A program made the translations under genes and the position numbers. The notes below the pieces were generated by a model. That model did not search any database, had not been told where the DNA came from, and saw only the letters and a program-made list of their open reading frames with translations. Of a DNA stretch of 64,000 nucleotides, positions 48,601-60,154 are shown one piece after another. The DNA is taken from assembly GCA_965112735.1 (NCBI GenBank), contig OZ218956.1:1054001-1118000 (forward strand), given 5' to 3'. How positions within the stretch are numbered: position 1 is the stretch's first letter; every line of letters begins with the position of its first letter. The DNA is from Phaeosaccion multiseriatum. Its lineage: Eukaryota; Protista; Ochrophyta, other classes.

Positions 48601-49575
48601 GGAGGAGGCTTTGCGACTCTTTGGCAGACTGGAGGGAAGCGGTGAGTCTTTGCCTTACACTTACCCCTTCTTCTTGGCTGTTGGCAGGCTCTCCACCCTC
48701 CCGTCTGCGTCGGAACTGCCTCCACTCGGGTGTGCTTTGGCCACTTTACTTCCTTGTCTTCTCACGGCGACACTTTTCCCTTTCCCTTACCCCATGCTCT
48801 CCCCCCTCACAGCCTTTGCGCGGCCCACCTGGGAAACTTTCCGCCAGTTGCTGGAGGTGCTGGACGCTGCTGAGAAAAGCGAGCTCGCAGACTCTCTGTA
48901 CCTCGAACTTGTTGCCCTGGGCTATGCAGAGCACCAGCAGGAGGGGGGCCATTCAGCAGCGCTGCGTCGGGAGGGCGACGAGCAGGCTTTCTCGCCCATG
49001 GTTCTTTCTGCCGGTAAAGGCATGAAGGGGGGGATTGGCCGCACAGCACAAGACGATTCCTGCCTCTCGCTGAGGGGCCACACGGTGTCCATGTCCAAGG
49101 TGAGCTTGTGATACAATACCTCACATTTGGCGACATCAGACGCGTTCACGGCCGTCACATATGATCCAAAGGTGGCGCGGCAGTGCGCATGTCTCAATCC
49201 ACTTCCACTGCATCATGTTGTGTCTGTGTGCAGGCCGCCCTTCGGCACGCTCTGAGGGGCTTGGAGCAGAGGTGGAGAGGAGAGTCAGGGGGTGAAGGTG
49301 AAGGTGAAGGTCGCATAGGCGACCTGGTGATCATGACCGGCGGAACATGGAGAAAGGGCGAAGGAAAGCTAGGCCCGGCGATCGCCGAATATGCCTTGCA
49401 GGAGTATGGCTTGGCATCTAAATGGATATTGGAGGAGGACGAAGAGGGTTTGAGTGCCCCCGATATGGAAAGCGATTGTGGGGAACATACGGCAAGCAGG
49501 GGGCAAGAGTTTCGGGCGTTGGTCATCCGAGAGCAGTGCTTGCAGGGGCTGTTCGAAAGGCGAAGACAGGTGTAG
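45645..49575 (+). CDS. Pentatricopeptide repeat (PPR) protein with a C-terminal SMR-like domain
   Basis: Repeats YNAIISAYGRCGQW, YNSAIAACAK, PDVFTYNACINAC, PDAITFSSLM, YSAAMDAC, PNAVSYGTTMSAC, YNAAITVC. C-terminal LSLRGHTVSMSKAALRHAL...LVIMTG. Arg/Ser-rich transit-peptide-like start. Confidence 0.9.
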
Positions 49576-49714
49576 CCTTCTTAAGGCCTGAAAAATAATA
49601 TTTACTCTTCGCGCAATACAAATCTCATCGGTCCATCTGCGTGCTTCTCTCTCTCTTGTCCACTCCATTCCCCCCATCCCGCCGTTCAAGCGTTTTCCCT
49701 CTGCCCCTCCCTCC

Positions 49715-52700
49715 TCAGCCCTCAGCACAGGGTCGGCGCCCAATCTCCACATGACGGTAGAAGCTCTCGAGCCTGTCCTTCGCCCGTGCGTAGCCCCTCA
49801 TGGCGTCGCTCTGCGCTGCTCGGCCGAGTCTCTCGCTCAGGTCGCCTCCCTCCAGCAGACTCTCCAGGGCGTTGGCCAGGGCCAGCGGGGTGGGGAGCGG
49901 GACCAACAGGCCATTCTCTCTGTGCCGGATAAGCTCTGCTGCTCCTCCGAAGCCGAAGGTAACGACGGGAAGGCCTTGGGACATGGCCTCTGGTCCCACC
50001 TGCAGGCAGTCGAGAAAGGACGGAGGGAGAGGGAGGGGATTAAATAAGCGTCAGTGATGGCGACTTGGAAATCAAGGCCAGGCAGGGTAGAGAAGAATAG
50101 AGACACGCGCTCTGAGACAGAGCACACTCACCATTCCAAAGGTTTCGCAGCCGAGGGACGGAAAGACCAAAGCCAAGACGTCGGATGTGAGTATGGCGTG
50201 GTGCACTCGGTCTGAGGGGACATAGCCCCCGAAGGTCACGTTGGCTTGCATCTGCAGCGCGAGACGTCGCATCTGCGGCAAGATTGATCCGCTGCCAATG
50301 AGGACACCATGGGCAGACGGATGGTCCTCGTTCAGTATGGCCATCGCCCTGACGAACATTCCTGGGCCTTTCTCCCCTGACAAGCGTCCAAAAAAGACAA
50401 AGTGGGTCCAAGGCGGTATGACCCACCGCTCAGCCCTGTCCCTCGGGGCATCGCCAGAGACTTCACTGCGGTGCCCCCTCCTTCCACCTCCTCTAAGCGC
50501 CATGAGAGGGGGGAGGATAAACACTGGCCTCTTGAAGTTGCCGACGAGCTTCACGTAGCTGGAAGGGGAAACCAACGCCGTGAACGCCTCGATGGAGGCA
50601 GTCGTGCCGCCGCTGTTGCCCCCATCCGACGCTGGGGGCCGGGCTCCTACGTCAAGAATTCGCGCGTCGACCCCAGCGAGTCTAGCCACCTGCACAAGGT
50701 ATGCGTCGTTTCCCCCTGGGGCAGTCACTCCAGGGCCGTTGGCCATGACAAGAATATCAAAGCTCGACAGCACGTCATACAGACCTTGCAGGCCCTGTCG
50801 CAAGGTGTCGTCCACGCCGCTGACAACGTCCCACGAAGGAGACGTGTGAAGCACACTGTGTACGTAAGCATGCACTCCAAGCCCTCGCGAGGAGGCATGC
50901 TCCGCGACTACGGAGTCCAGCTCGGTGCAGTACTTCACCACATGAAGACTTGGAGCTTTGACCCCTTCAAAGAGCTTCAACTTCTCTCGCACCATTCTCT
51001 CCAGGGGTCTCAGATGCTCTGCCGCACTCCGCGCTTCCTCCTCCTCCTCTTGCCTGCAATATCCACCATCCAACGCAGAGCCCTCTGGGGCACAGGCACC
51101 ATCAGAGACTATACCAGGACCGACAGCGCTGCTGACGTCTCTCCTGTCACCGGACTCGTCGGTATCGACACGGGACTCATCCTTCCAGCACGACAGGTCC
51201 AAAAGGGTCACTTCAAAGCTACCTGTCCCTGCCAAAAGCACAGCCTGGTTTAAGAAGTTCACCTTTACCCCATCCACAGAGCCCAGATCAAATATATACA
51301 CGATGCTCCTCAGAGATGGAGGCCCTTCCAGGGTGCAGTGCTCGATATCGGAGTCCGAGATGGGCTCTTCCACCAGCGCCTCGAGTGTGCTGAGAGCGGC
51401 AGTTTGGGACGGAGAGCGAGAGAGTACGATACTTTCGTCGGGGGTATACACCTCCAGCGATACGTACATGGAGGGCACATCGTCGCAGCACACAAGCTCT
51501 CCGCTCTCTGCGTCCTCCCGGGCCTCTGAGGTGAGCCCACAAAGGAAGCATGCCTCCACACTGAGAGAGCCATAGACGCCCTTGGTGCTGATGGCCGCTC
51601 CCACGCGGAAAGCCTCTGACACGCTGAGCACCTGTGGGTACGCATTGTTCAGCGTAACTCGAATCAAAGAAGAGGGCATGGTGGGCACGGGTGCTTGGCT
51701 CTCGTGCATGGCACATAGACTGATGCGCATTGCATCATTTCTGCCGTTGATGATGGCGCCATCCTGGTTGCCGGGCTGGGCCGTGGGCGCTTCCCCCTGG
51801 TGGCCATCCCTGCCCCCTTCTACTCCATCAGCCCCCCCCCCCCTCGCGGGGTCCCAATGCAGCAACCGTGGCGAGAGTAAAGGAAGTTCGAGGCGCGTAG
51901 TGCCTCCCGCTGCGGTGCAGGTCACTTCCAGTGAAGTGAGACGTATGCGCTGCCACACTGATGGGCCTTCCCCCTGCCCGTGGGCAGAAATAACTTTGGT
52001 GAAGCCCTCGAAGCCCTCCAAAGCATCGACCTCCGCACTGCGATTTTCAAAGCTCACGAGATACACACCCGTCATCCCGTAGGGCCTCTCGAAGTCGTGC
52101 AGAGGGCGTACCACCACCATCCAGCAGGGGCGAGCAGTGTGTCTCCACAGCACGCGTAGTGCCCTCGCCGCACCACATCCTCCTTCATCAGCAGCAAGCG
52201 CACACCTATCTTCAGTCTCGGTATCGTCCCAGTCGCTGGCCGAGTGCAGGATGTAGCTTCCCACGCATTTGGTCAACGGAGGAGTGAGCGAGGGCGAAGG
52301 GTGCAGAGCCACAGACTCGCAGGGAGGACACCGCACCGAAACTTGGCGGTGGACACGCAGAAATCCCTGAGGCTCGTGGGGTTCGCTCCCCTCTGCCAGT
52401 TCCCAATGAATCAACCAGCCCCAGCTCCTCCTTGGCGGCTGTGTGGCGCCATCCTCTGTGGAAGCCCCTCTCCAATCCCACCCTGCCTCATTCTTCCGCG
52501 TCTCGTGCTCGTATGGAGAGACCGGCACGTAAGCTAAGACGTGTTCTTCATCGTTGCGCCCCCCTCCTGTATCGGGTCTGGGCAATGTGATGACCCAGGC
52601 ATCTGTCCCCGTGGAGAGAAGTGCGCGGTGGAGCTGCAAAACAGACCGATCGCCAACATCCGCCCCCACCCACCTTCCCTCGGAAGACATTGCGTACCCC

Positions 52701-52921
52701 CCAGAGAGGAAGTCTCCCAACCCCTCCACCTGCACTATACCGCAGGGAAGGTCCGGAGAAGGGCGGCCTGGGAACGACTCCCACGCCCGAGCTGCGGCAC
52801 CCGAGGTGAGCGGCACCTCCAGGTAACCCACCGACGGAGGAGCAGCTTGTGCCTGTGTGGCGAGAAGACCCAGCAGGACGAGGGATGCGCGGACTCCCAT
52901 CCTGAAGTAGGGCACAGCCAT
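49715..52921 (-). CDS. Secreted GT4-family (GT-B) glycosyltransferase with a large N-terminal region
   Basis: Signal peptide ASLVLLGLLATQAQA. Motifs FFGRLSGEKGPG, FPSLGCETFGM|VGPEAMSQGLPVV, ELIRHRENGLLV. One intron at ~50000-50130. Confidence 0.88.
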
Positions 52922-53076
52922 TGCAGCAGCTCATCCCCCTCAACTCTCGTGCTTCCGCCTCTTACTTTAGGTGTGTGTAATTTCTGTGAGCCCTCCCTGC
53001 ATACCCCGCAACTGTCGGTTGAAATGACCCCCAAGTCTCCTACAAGTAGGCTACTGATGCTTTGCACATTGGCGAG

Positions 53077-56000
53077 ATGGGAGGCGCCGAGGAAGGCAGC
53101 GAGCTTCGGGACTTGCAGGCGCAGGGAAAGACGCCTCCTACTGAGATCGATGGGACCGTATACACCGTCGATCAGCTGCTCTCTCATGTGGGAGAGGGAA
53201 AGTACCAGGCAAGTAAGGAGGGGGCGTGGGGGGGTTGACTGGCTCATCCTTGCTGGACCTTCACATCTTGTCGTTGGTTGTGTATGGATTGTCGGACCTT
53301 GTTGTCTGCCATGACATCAGTGATGACCTTGCTTCCTCCATCACTGTCGGACCTTCTTGTTTTGTTCCATCCTTCTTCCTCCAGCGCCACTGATCGTATA
53401 CGACCTTCTTTCTCGTCCCGCTCTCTTCTATTTTGCAGCTATGCTTACTAGTTTGGTGTGGGCTCTCTTATACAGCCTATTCGTGTCAGGTGAGGGGCAC
53501 TCCAGTGAGAATATTTATCGTATCGGCTCTCGTAGCGACACGCTCTCCTCCCCCGCCTCTCTACTTCCTCCGCTGCTTTCCTGATGCCTGCCCCTCCTGA
53601 TTCCCGTCTCTGCCTCCAAGGTGATCCTAATTGGGTTCCTGTCCACTTGCGCGGCGAGAGACTGGGGCCTTGTACCCGCTGCCAGGAGCTCTATCTCTGC
53701 CAGCTACTTTGTGGGACAAATTCTCGGAGCTGCCACCCTTGGACCAGTCAGTGATCACTGGGGCCGCAAGCCTGCCTCCATTTTGTCGAGCGCCTTCATC
53801 CTCGTCTTCGGCCTCTTGTCAGCCGTCTCACCCAACATGTGAGTGACCGAGAGTGAGTGAGAGATGGAGAGAGAGAGAGCGAGGGAGCAAGTCGCCCACT
53901 CACTCTGCCCCATGTTGGGGCAGACACCAATGTCGGACGACTTAACTTGCCTTGCCCTTGACCTGCTATTGCCCAAGCCCTTTCACCTTCTCACCTGACA
54001 CCTAGTCTACTTGCGTCGCGCCCCTGACCTCGACGAACCTCAGGTGGTATCTGATGTGTGCTCGGATGCTGGTGGGCTTTGGGATAGGAGGCATCTGTGT
54101 GCCCGCCGACTTGCTCGCGGTGAGGCAGGCAGCCAGGGGCAGTCAAGTCAAGAGTGCCCTCGTATGTCAGGTAGTCAGTCAGCCGTTACCTCCCTCTGCT
54201 GTACTCTCTGTTGCCATTCTTCTCGACACAAACAGGAGTTTTCCAGCACCAAGCGGCGCGGTAGAAACCTTCTCATCATTCAGGTGGGCTGCGGGAGGAG
54301 CTTGAAGCGCAAAAGGGTTCTTTTGCTCGTCCCACTGCCTGCTGCCCCTCTCCGTCCCCTTGTCTTCTCTTACAATCCCATCATCCGAGGAATGAAGCCC
54401 AAAAGGGTTCTTTCGCTCTCATGCCTCTTAGACGTCCTTTGTCCTGCCCTGTCTCTGTTCACTCTCTCGCTCTTCATGCTGCTCTCTTGTAAGCCCATCG
54501 TCCTGCTCTGCCTCTGTTCATTCTCTCGCTCATCACACTGCTCTCTTGCAACCCCATCGTCCTGCTCTGCTCTGCTCTGTCTCTGTTCCTCTCTGCCTCT
54601 CCCATCTGTTCAGCTCTTCTGGGCTGTAGGTGCCGTGTGCGTGGTCTTCTTGGCGTGGTGCATCCTCGAGTCCCGGGGGTGGAGGGCGCTGGCGCTGCTG
54701 TGTGCGCTGCCGATGGTCGTCATTACGATCGCGAGTCTCTGGATGCCTGAGTCGCCTCGTTGGCATCACGTACGCGGCAGGCCCCAGGCGGCCCTGCAGG
54801 TGCGTGCGTGGTGCATGTCAGAAAGCCTCCCCCCCTCCCTCTTGAGCTTCGAAGAGTCAGCCGAGATGTCTTTCCAGGCGCATCTGCCACAATCTGCCAC
54901 CACTTGAGATAGAAATAACTCCGCGGAGGCAGGCTCCCTCCCCTTGACCCCCCTTGCCCTCTCTTACGTAGTCAGCCGTCAGTTGTGCCTCATCATCACC
55001 CATTGTTTGTTTATGTTCCCGTCGTACTGTCGGTTCGGACCCCACACCACTGGCCCCACAGACTCTGCGTGTGGCGGCGCAAGTCAATGGCCGCAAGCTG
55101 CCACCGGATGCTAAACTTTCCGAGGCCGAGTGTCTTGACGGCGTGGAGGTGCATGGCTTCAAGAATGTGGGGAAGCTCTTCATGCCCCGTCTCAGGTGGC
55201 TGACAGTCAGGCTGTGGATTCTTTGGTTCTCCTGGGGCTTCGCCTACTATGGCATTATCCGTGAGTGTCTCAAATCGCGAGAGCGGCACACTTACACTAA
55301 AGAGGAACAGGGGGAGACGGAAACACGTTGACACCTCGAAGCGGCCCTGCCGTCCTGCTGTGCCGTTGTGCTCTGTTCGATTCCCAACCTCTCCCTGCCC
55401 CCTCTTGCTCCCCCCTTGCCCTTGCCCTTGCCCTTGCGTGCACACGCCCGCACTCACGCACGCACATGAAGTGCTCAATGTCAGACTTTTCGAGTCCGAC
55501 CTGTGGAACGAGGATACGTGCGCCTTCAATTACGAGGTTCGGAAGGGGGGGGGTGGGGGGCACTCGCCGAAAGAAGTGCGCTGTGCAGAGGCATGCGACG
55601 GCGCTAACAATCTCTCACATACTGTCTCTGCCTCCTCCCCTTTGTTCCCTTTCCCTTTCCCGGTGGCCGTTCGAGGATGGGCAGTCATTGGCCATCGTGG
55701 ACTCTGCGGAGGCCGTGGGCATACTCCTCGCGCTCCCCCTTATCGACACCGTGGGACGCGTAGGGACCCAGGCTGTAACGTACCTGCTGGGGGCCGCTCT
55801 CCTGGTGCCCATCGCATTCGAGGTGACTTCATAACGGGAGAGGGAAGACTTTGGGGGTGCACCGATGAACGAACTAGTGTCTGCTGCGTCTTTTTCTCTC
55901 AGATGATCCTCCTCAGTGCTGAACGTGTCTCCCTTCTGCTTTGTGTCCCGTCTGCTTTGTCGCTCGGTCTCGGTCGCTCTCAGGTGTCCCCGCAGGTATT

Positions 56001-57155
56001 GATTGTGCTCATCGCCTTCGGGACGGTGGCCTGTATGCTCGCTTCGAGCAGCACCTCATGTGTTCACCTCCTAGGTCAGTCAGTCCAGTCAGTCAGGCAG
56101 GCAGGCAGGCATAATTTTACGCGGGAATATGCCGTGCGGGTGTGTACCGTGGCGACTTGGCGACATCTGTGGAGGGCGGGCTGTCGTGTAAAGGAATGTC
56201 GTCATCACCTCCTCCTCTTGGCGGCGGCTGAGTACCGCGGCTCATACGTCAGCGAGGGGCGCGTCTCGAGGTAGTCCAGCAGGGCCACCACGAAGCGGGG
56301 AATCAATACAATAGCCGATAGTAAGCGCTTCTGTTTTGTTCCGCTGCCGCTTTCTTCTGCTCCCACCCTCCTTTGACCGTTCTGTTTACCTCTCCTCCGA
56401 CCTGTGCTGCCCTCCCTTCCCCCGCTCCTGGACCATGTCTCTACCCTCTGCCCTCTGCCCTACCCTGCGCGACGTAGAGCTGTACACGACGGACGTTCGC
56501 GGAACGGGGCACGCATGGGCCAACTTGCCGGTGAGGAGGGGGGATGGCTGAACAAGTGTTGAGTGCATAATTTTAGAGACACACCGCCATTGCGCGAGCG
56601 CTCTTTGTACGTCGCGCCTTCGTTAAGACCGCCCCTGCCTGCCTGCCCTGTCCCTTCGTGCGAAAGGAATGCTTGGGGGGCTTTCTTTCCCCCTATTTGG
56701 TGCAGAGCGACTTGTCCATCTTCACCTGCGCCATGAGCATCTCCGCCGTGCTCGTGGTGGCAGGTGAGTGAATGAGTGAAGAGAAAAGGGGGGGGGCTGG
56801 GTGGTGGGGCTTGGTTGTTTGCTTGGCTCCGGCCGATTCTCTCTTGTGAGGCGACCCGCTCTTCACTCCCGCTCTTTTTCTTCTTCTTGTGTAATCGCCG
56901 CCACTTGGTGCTCATCTTTGGCCGACTGCTTCGTCGATCCACATCTCACCTCTCTCTCGCCCGCTTGGCCTGACTGCTGGTGCCCTTCGTCCGCCCTACC
57001 ACACAGGCGTCATCAGTCTGACGTTCCAGGAGACCGCGGGGAGGGACCTAGACCAAACCAACGACCCACCAGAAGCAGGCCCAACAACGGGGGAAGAAGC
57101 AGGAGGAGCAGCAGGGAAAGAGGAAGAGCCGTCACAAATACGGAATTTGCTGTAG
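53077..57155 (+). CDS. SVOP/SV2-related MFS transporter, paralog 1 (many exons)
   Basis: YTVDQLLSHVGEGKYQ with a GC donor at 53209. Motifs GPVSDHWGRK, RMLVGFGIGG, EF...RRG, FWAVG, GWR, MPESPRW, WGFAYYGII, IDTVGR, ELYTTDVRGTGH, QETAGRDLD. Stop at 57153-57155. Confidence 0.88.
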
Positions 57156-58074
57156 TTGCGTCGTGTTTTAGACTCCTTGGATCAAAGAGGAATCCCTGCC
57201 CTAGCGGATACACCCCTTTAAAGGACAGCACCTGCTAGCTACCCCCCCCTCCCCCCCCCCTGAGTTTTTGTAGCCCACTACTGGCGCCGCTCTCGCTTCC
57301 CTGTCTTGGCCCTACCTACTACTTTTCGGAAGCGACAATCTTACGTACGCGACCCTCAGTCCCCATCCCTCCTGGGGCGCCTTCGCACTCTTGGCACCCG
57401 CTCGAGACTTGGCACCCGAGACTACCGTCGCCGTAGAGTAAGGACACAATGCGTCGTGTCCGCCAACCACTTTATGCTACAAGCACTGAGGGAAGATGCA
57501 GCTCTTGGACTGCTTTTCCCTCATGTCTTGCTCTTGCGTGTGAAGGCATTAAGCTCGCGTTATATGTTGTAAGAGAAGAAAAGACCTTTTTAGCGTGTTT
57601 CCCGAGGGGTTGGGGCAGACCTTGAGTCATACCCCATGCTACACATGCCCGAATGGCTTGCGTGTCCTTTCTACTCTGTTGTGCTGCGTCTTCTTTCCGT
57701 TCCTCTAGTGGAATGAGTTCAGCAGGAATTGCTTCGTGGGTAACTGTTGTGTCTCGATGTTGCGTGTCGAGTCATGTCGAGTCCTATATCAAAGATGGAC
57801 ATGTCCTTCCAACAGATCGACAGCGCTGCGTGCTTGCTCACCCCCAGGCAGGGCTACTTGCGCCTCAGTCGTCTCTCCAGTCGGTAGCTTCAAGACATTC
57901 CGCATCATTGTCGTCGGAAACGGGAAGAGGGTAAGCCTGGCTCTGACTCTGCTGCACCTCGGAATGGACTTTCCGCAGGGCACCGACCGAAATCTGAAGA
58001 GAGTGACCATTTAGTGGTCCCCAGGTGAAAGAAGTGCCCAGTGGCTATGGTGCCAGCGAATGAGGGGATGATGC

Positions 58075-59880
58075 TCAGTAGCCGGTAGTCTTGTCCACGG
58101 TGTGGAAGCATACGGGCTTGTTGGCCAGGAAGTTGGCCACCTCCTTGGCGAAGACCGCGGTGGACTCGTGCGCAAAGGTATCCGTGAAACCATTGTGGCT
58201 GGAGATGAAGCAGCGGTCCTTGTCCAGACCCCACATGGGGTGGTCGGGGGGCAGCGGCTCGGTGCAGAACACATCAAGGGCAACGCCTCTGATGGCGCCT
58301 CTCTGCACCACATCCATGAGGGCCTCCTCGTCGATAAGGCCGCCCCTCCCCACGTTGATGAGTACGGCCGACGGTTTCATTTTTGCGAGTTGAGCGGCGC
58401 CCACCATGCCCCTGACGAATACCCAAGGAGGGGTGGAAAGTTTGGGGCGGTGGGGTGGCGCCCAGAGGGCAAAGGGGCACTACACTGAGAAGAAAAGGGG
58501 GTAAGGGGCGCGAGGCGGGAGGTGTGGGACGAAGGAGGGACACCTGCCTGCTGTCCTCCGTGAGGGCGGCTGCGACGACGATGTAGTCGCTCTCCTCGAA
58601 GAGCTTGTCGATGTCTTCTCGAGCGTACATCTTGTCGGCGAGGGGCGACGGCGTTGCTTGTCGCCGCAAGCCGATGATACGCATCCCAAAGGCCCTCGCT
58701 GCATCACCGTGTTTCACGAGGGAGGAGAGAGGGTTGAGACACGACAGAGAGAAGGAGAGGGGGTAGTGATACGCACAGCTTCCTTCAGCTTGGGATGGGC
58801 CTCGAGCAGTTCCATTCGTCCACTGTTACCCTCCCTCTCTTGATACACTCCCTTCCCCCGCCTCGGAGTTTTGCCCATATGCTCTCTCCATCCCCTCAGC
58901 CGCACGACCCACCGAGCTTGGCGGTGGTCTGCCCGATATCGCCAAAGCCCACCACGCCCATGGTGGTGCCCCTCAGCTCCCCCACGCTAAACTGGTCCCA
59001 CAGTTTGTTCTCCTGGTTGCGCTGCCACCTCCTCACGTCCTTGGAGAAGTACAGGCAGGCGAAGAGGCAGTACTCGGCCAGAGTGGAGCTGTAGTGACCT
59101 CTGGCGTTGGTGAGCACCGCTGGATGCGCCGCCAGCGCGGGGCAGAGAAAGTGGTCCACGCCGGCGGACAAGGAGTGTACCCACCGCAGCCTGCGTGGGT
59201 GGGAAAGGGGGAGGCCTGTCAGTGAGAGCACATTACTGCGGTGAGTGGTGTGCGGCCCCCGCCAGACCACAAGGGAAGCACTGGTACTCCTTGAGGGCCG
59301 ATCGAACGGTGCAACCACTGTAAAGCTTTCGAGCGTCTGCAGAGTGCACTCACATAGGCATGTGCGGCAGAATGGCAGCCATGACCGCAGCGTTGGCACT
59401 CCAGGTAAAGAGCACATTGCACTGGGAAAGCTTGCGCACCACCTCCGTTGCCGCCCAGTCAGTGCCCTCAGGTGCGAAGATGCACGCAGAGCAATGTGCC
59501 TAAGGGGTCACATCGGGAAACGGCAAACACGGAGGATGATGAGTGAAGGGGGGGGCGGCTTTTTGCCCAACAACCAAGCTCCTGCACGTAACTGGGAGGT
59601 TCCGAAGCTCACTCAGGAAGGGGCTGTCAGTTTCGGCCAGCACGACAATGCTGGCCCCGGCCTCTTTGGCCCGTGTTGCAGGGATTTGAGTCTTGTAGCG
59701 GTGGTAGGCCGGAACACCAACACGCGAGCTTCCAGAGATGCTGTCCGAAGTAGTAGGAGGGGTGTCAGACGCCACGCGAGCGTCCTTCCCTGCTGGAGGT
59801 ATGTTGGTCTGAGCTCCACCGCCCGAAGCGTCGGGAGCTCCATCCCTCTCGGCCTCCATCCTCAGAAAAGGAATGATCAT
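58075..59880 (-). CDS. D-isomer-specific 2-hydroxyacid dehydrogenase (NAD(P)-binding)
   Basis: LRWVHSLSAGVDH, LTNARG, LAEY, MGVVGFGDIG, AALT, MKPSAVLINVGRG, ALDVFCTEPLP, ISSHN. Confidence 0.92.
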
Positions 59881-60009
59881 TGAAAACAAAAAAGGAAATC
59901 GAATAATCGTTGACTTAATTTTAATGACTTATTTTTCAAAATAGGAGTCGACATTTGTGAATGGAGGGGAGTAGCCGGCAGCTGGCCAGGCAGACACAGC
60001 GATACCCGC

Positions 60010-60038
60010 ACACCCACCCACCCACCCACCCACCCACC

Positions 60039-60076
<38 letters not shown>
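60010..60076. repeat. (CACC)n(CA)n microsatellite
   Basis: Visible tandem run. Confidence 0.9.
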
Positions 60077-60077
<1 letters not shown>

Positions 60078-60154
60078 CACATTCACACTTTCAGTTTCTT
60101 AGGTGATTCCTATATTCCCCCTGACCTTCTTCTCCTTTTTCTTCTTCTTCTTCC

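Noticed and set aside
1-52921. Integrated giant virus or prophage as the source of the glycosylation cluster
   Set aside because: No capsid, polymerase, packaging ATPase or integrase genes. The genes have spliceosomal introns and signal peptides and are interleaved with PPR and plastid genes. An ancient viral or bacterial origin of individual genes is still possible.
57160-58070. Short ORFs between transporter 1 and the dehydrogenase
   Set aside because: No motifs; probably 3' UTRs or intergenic DNA.
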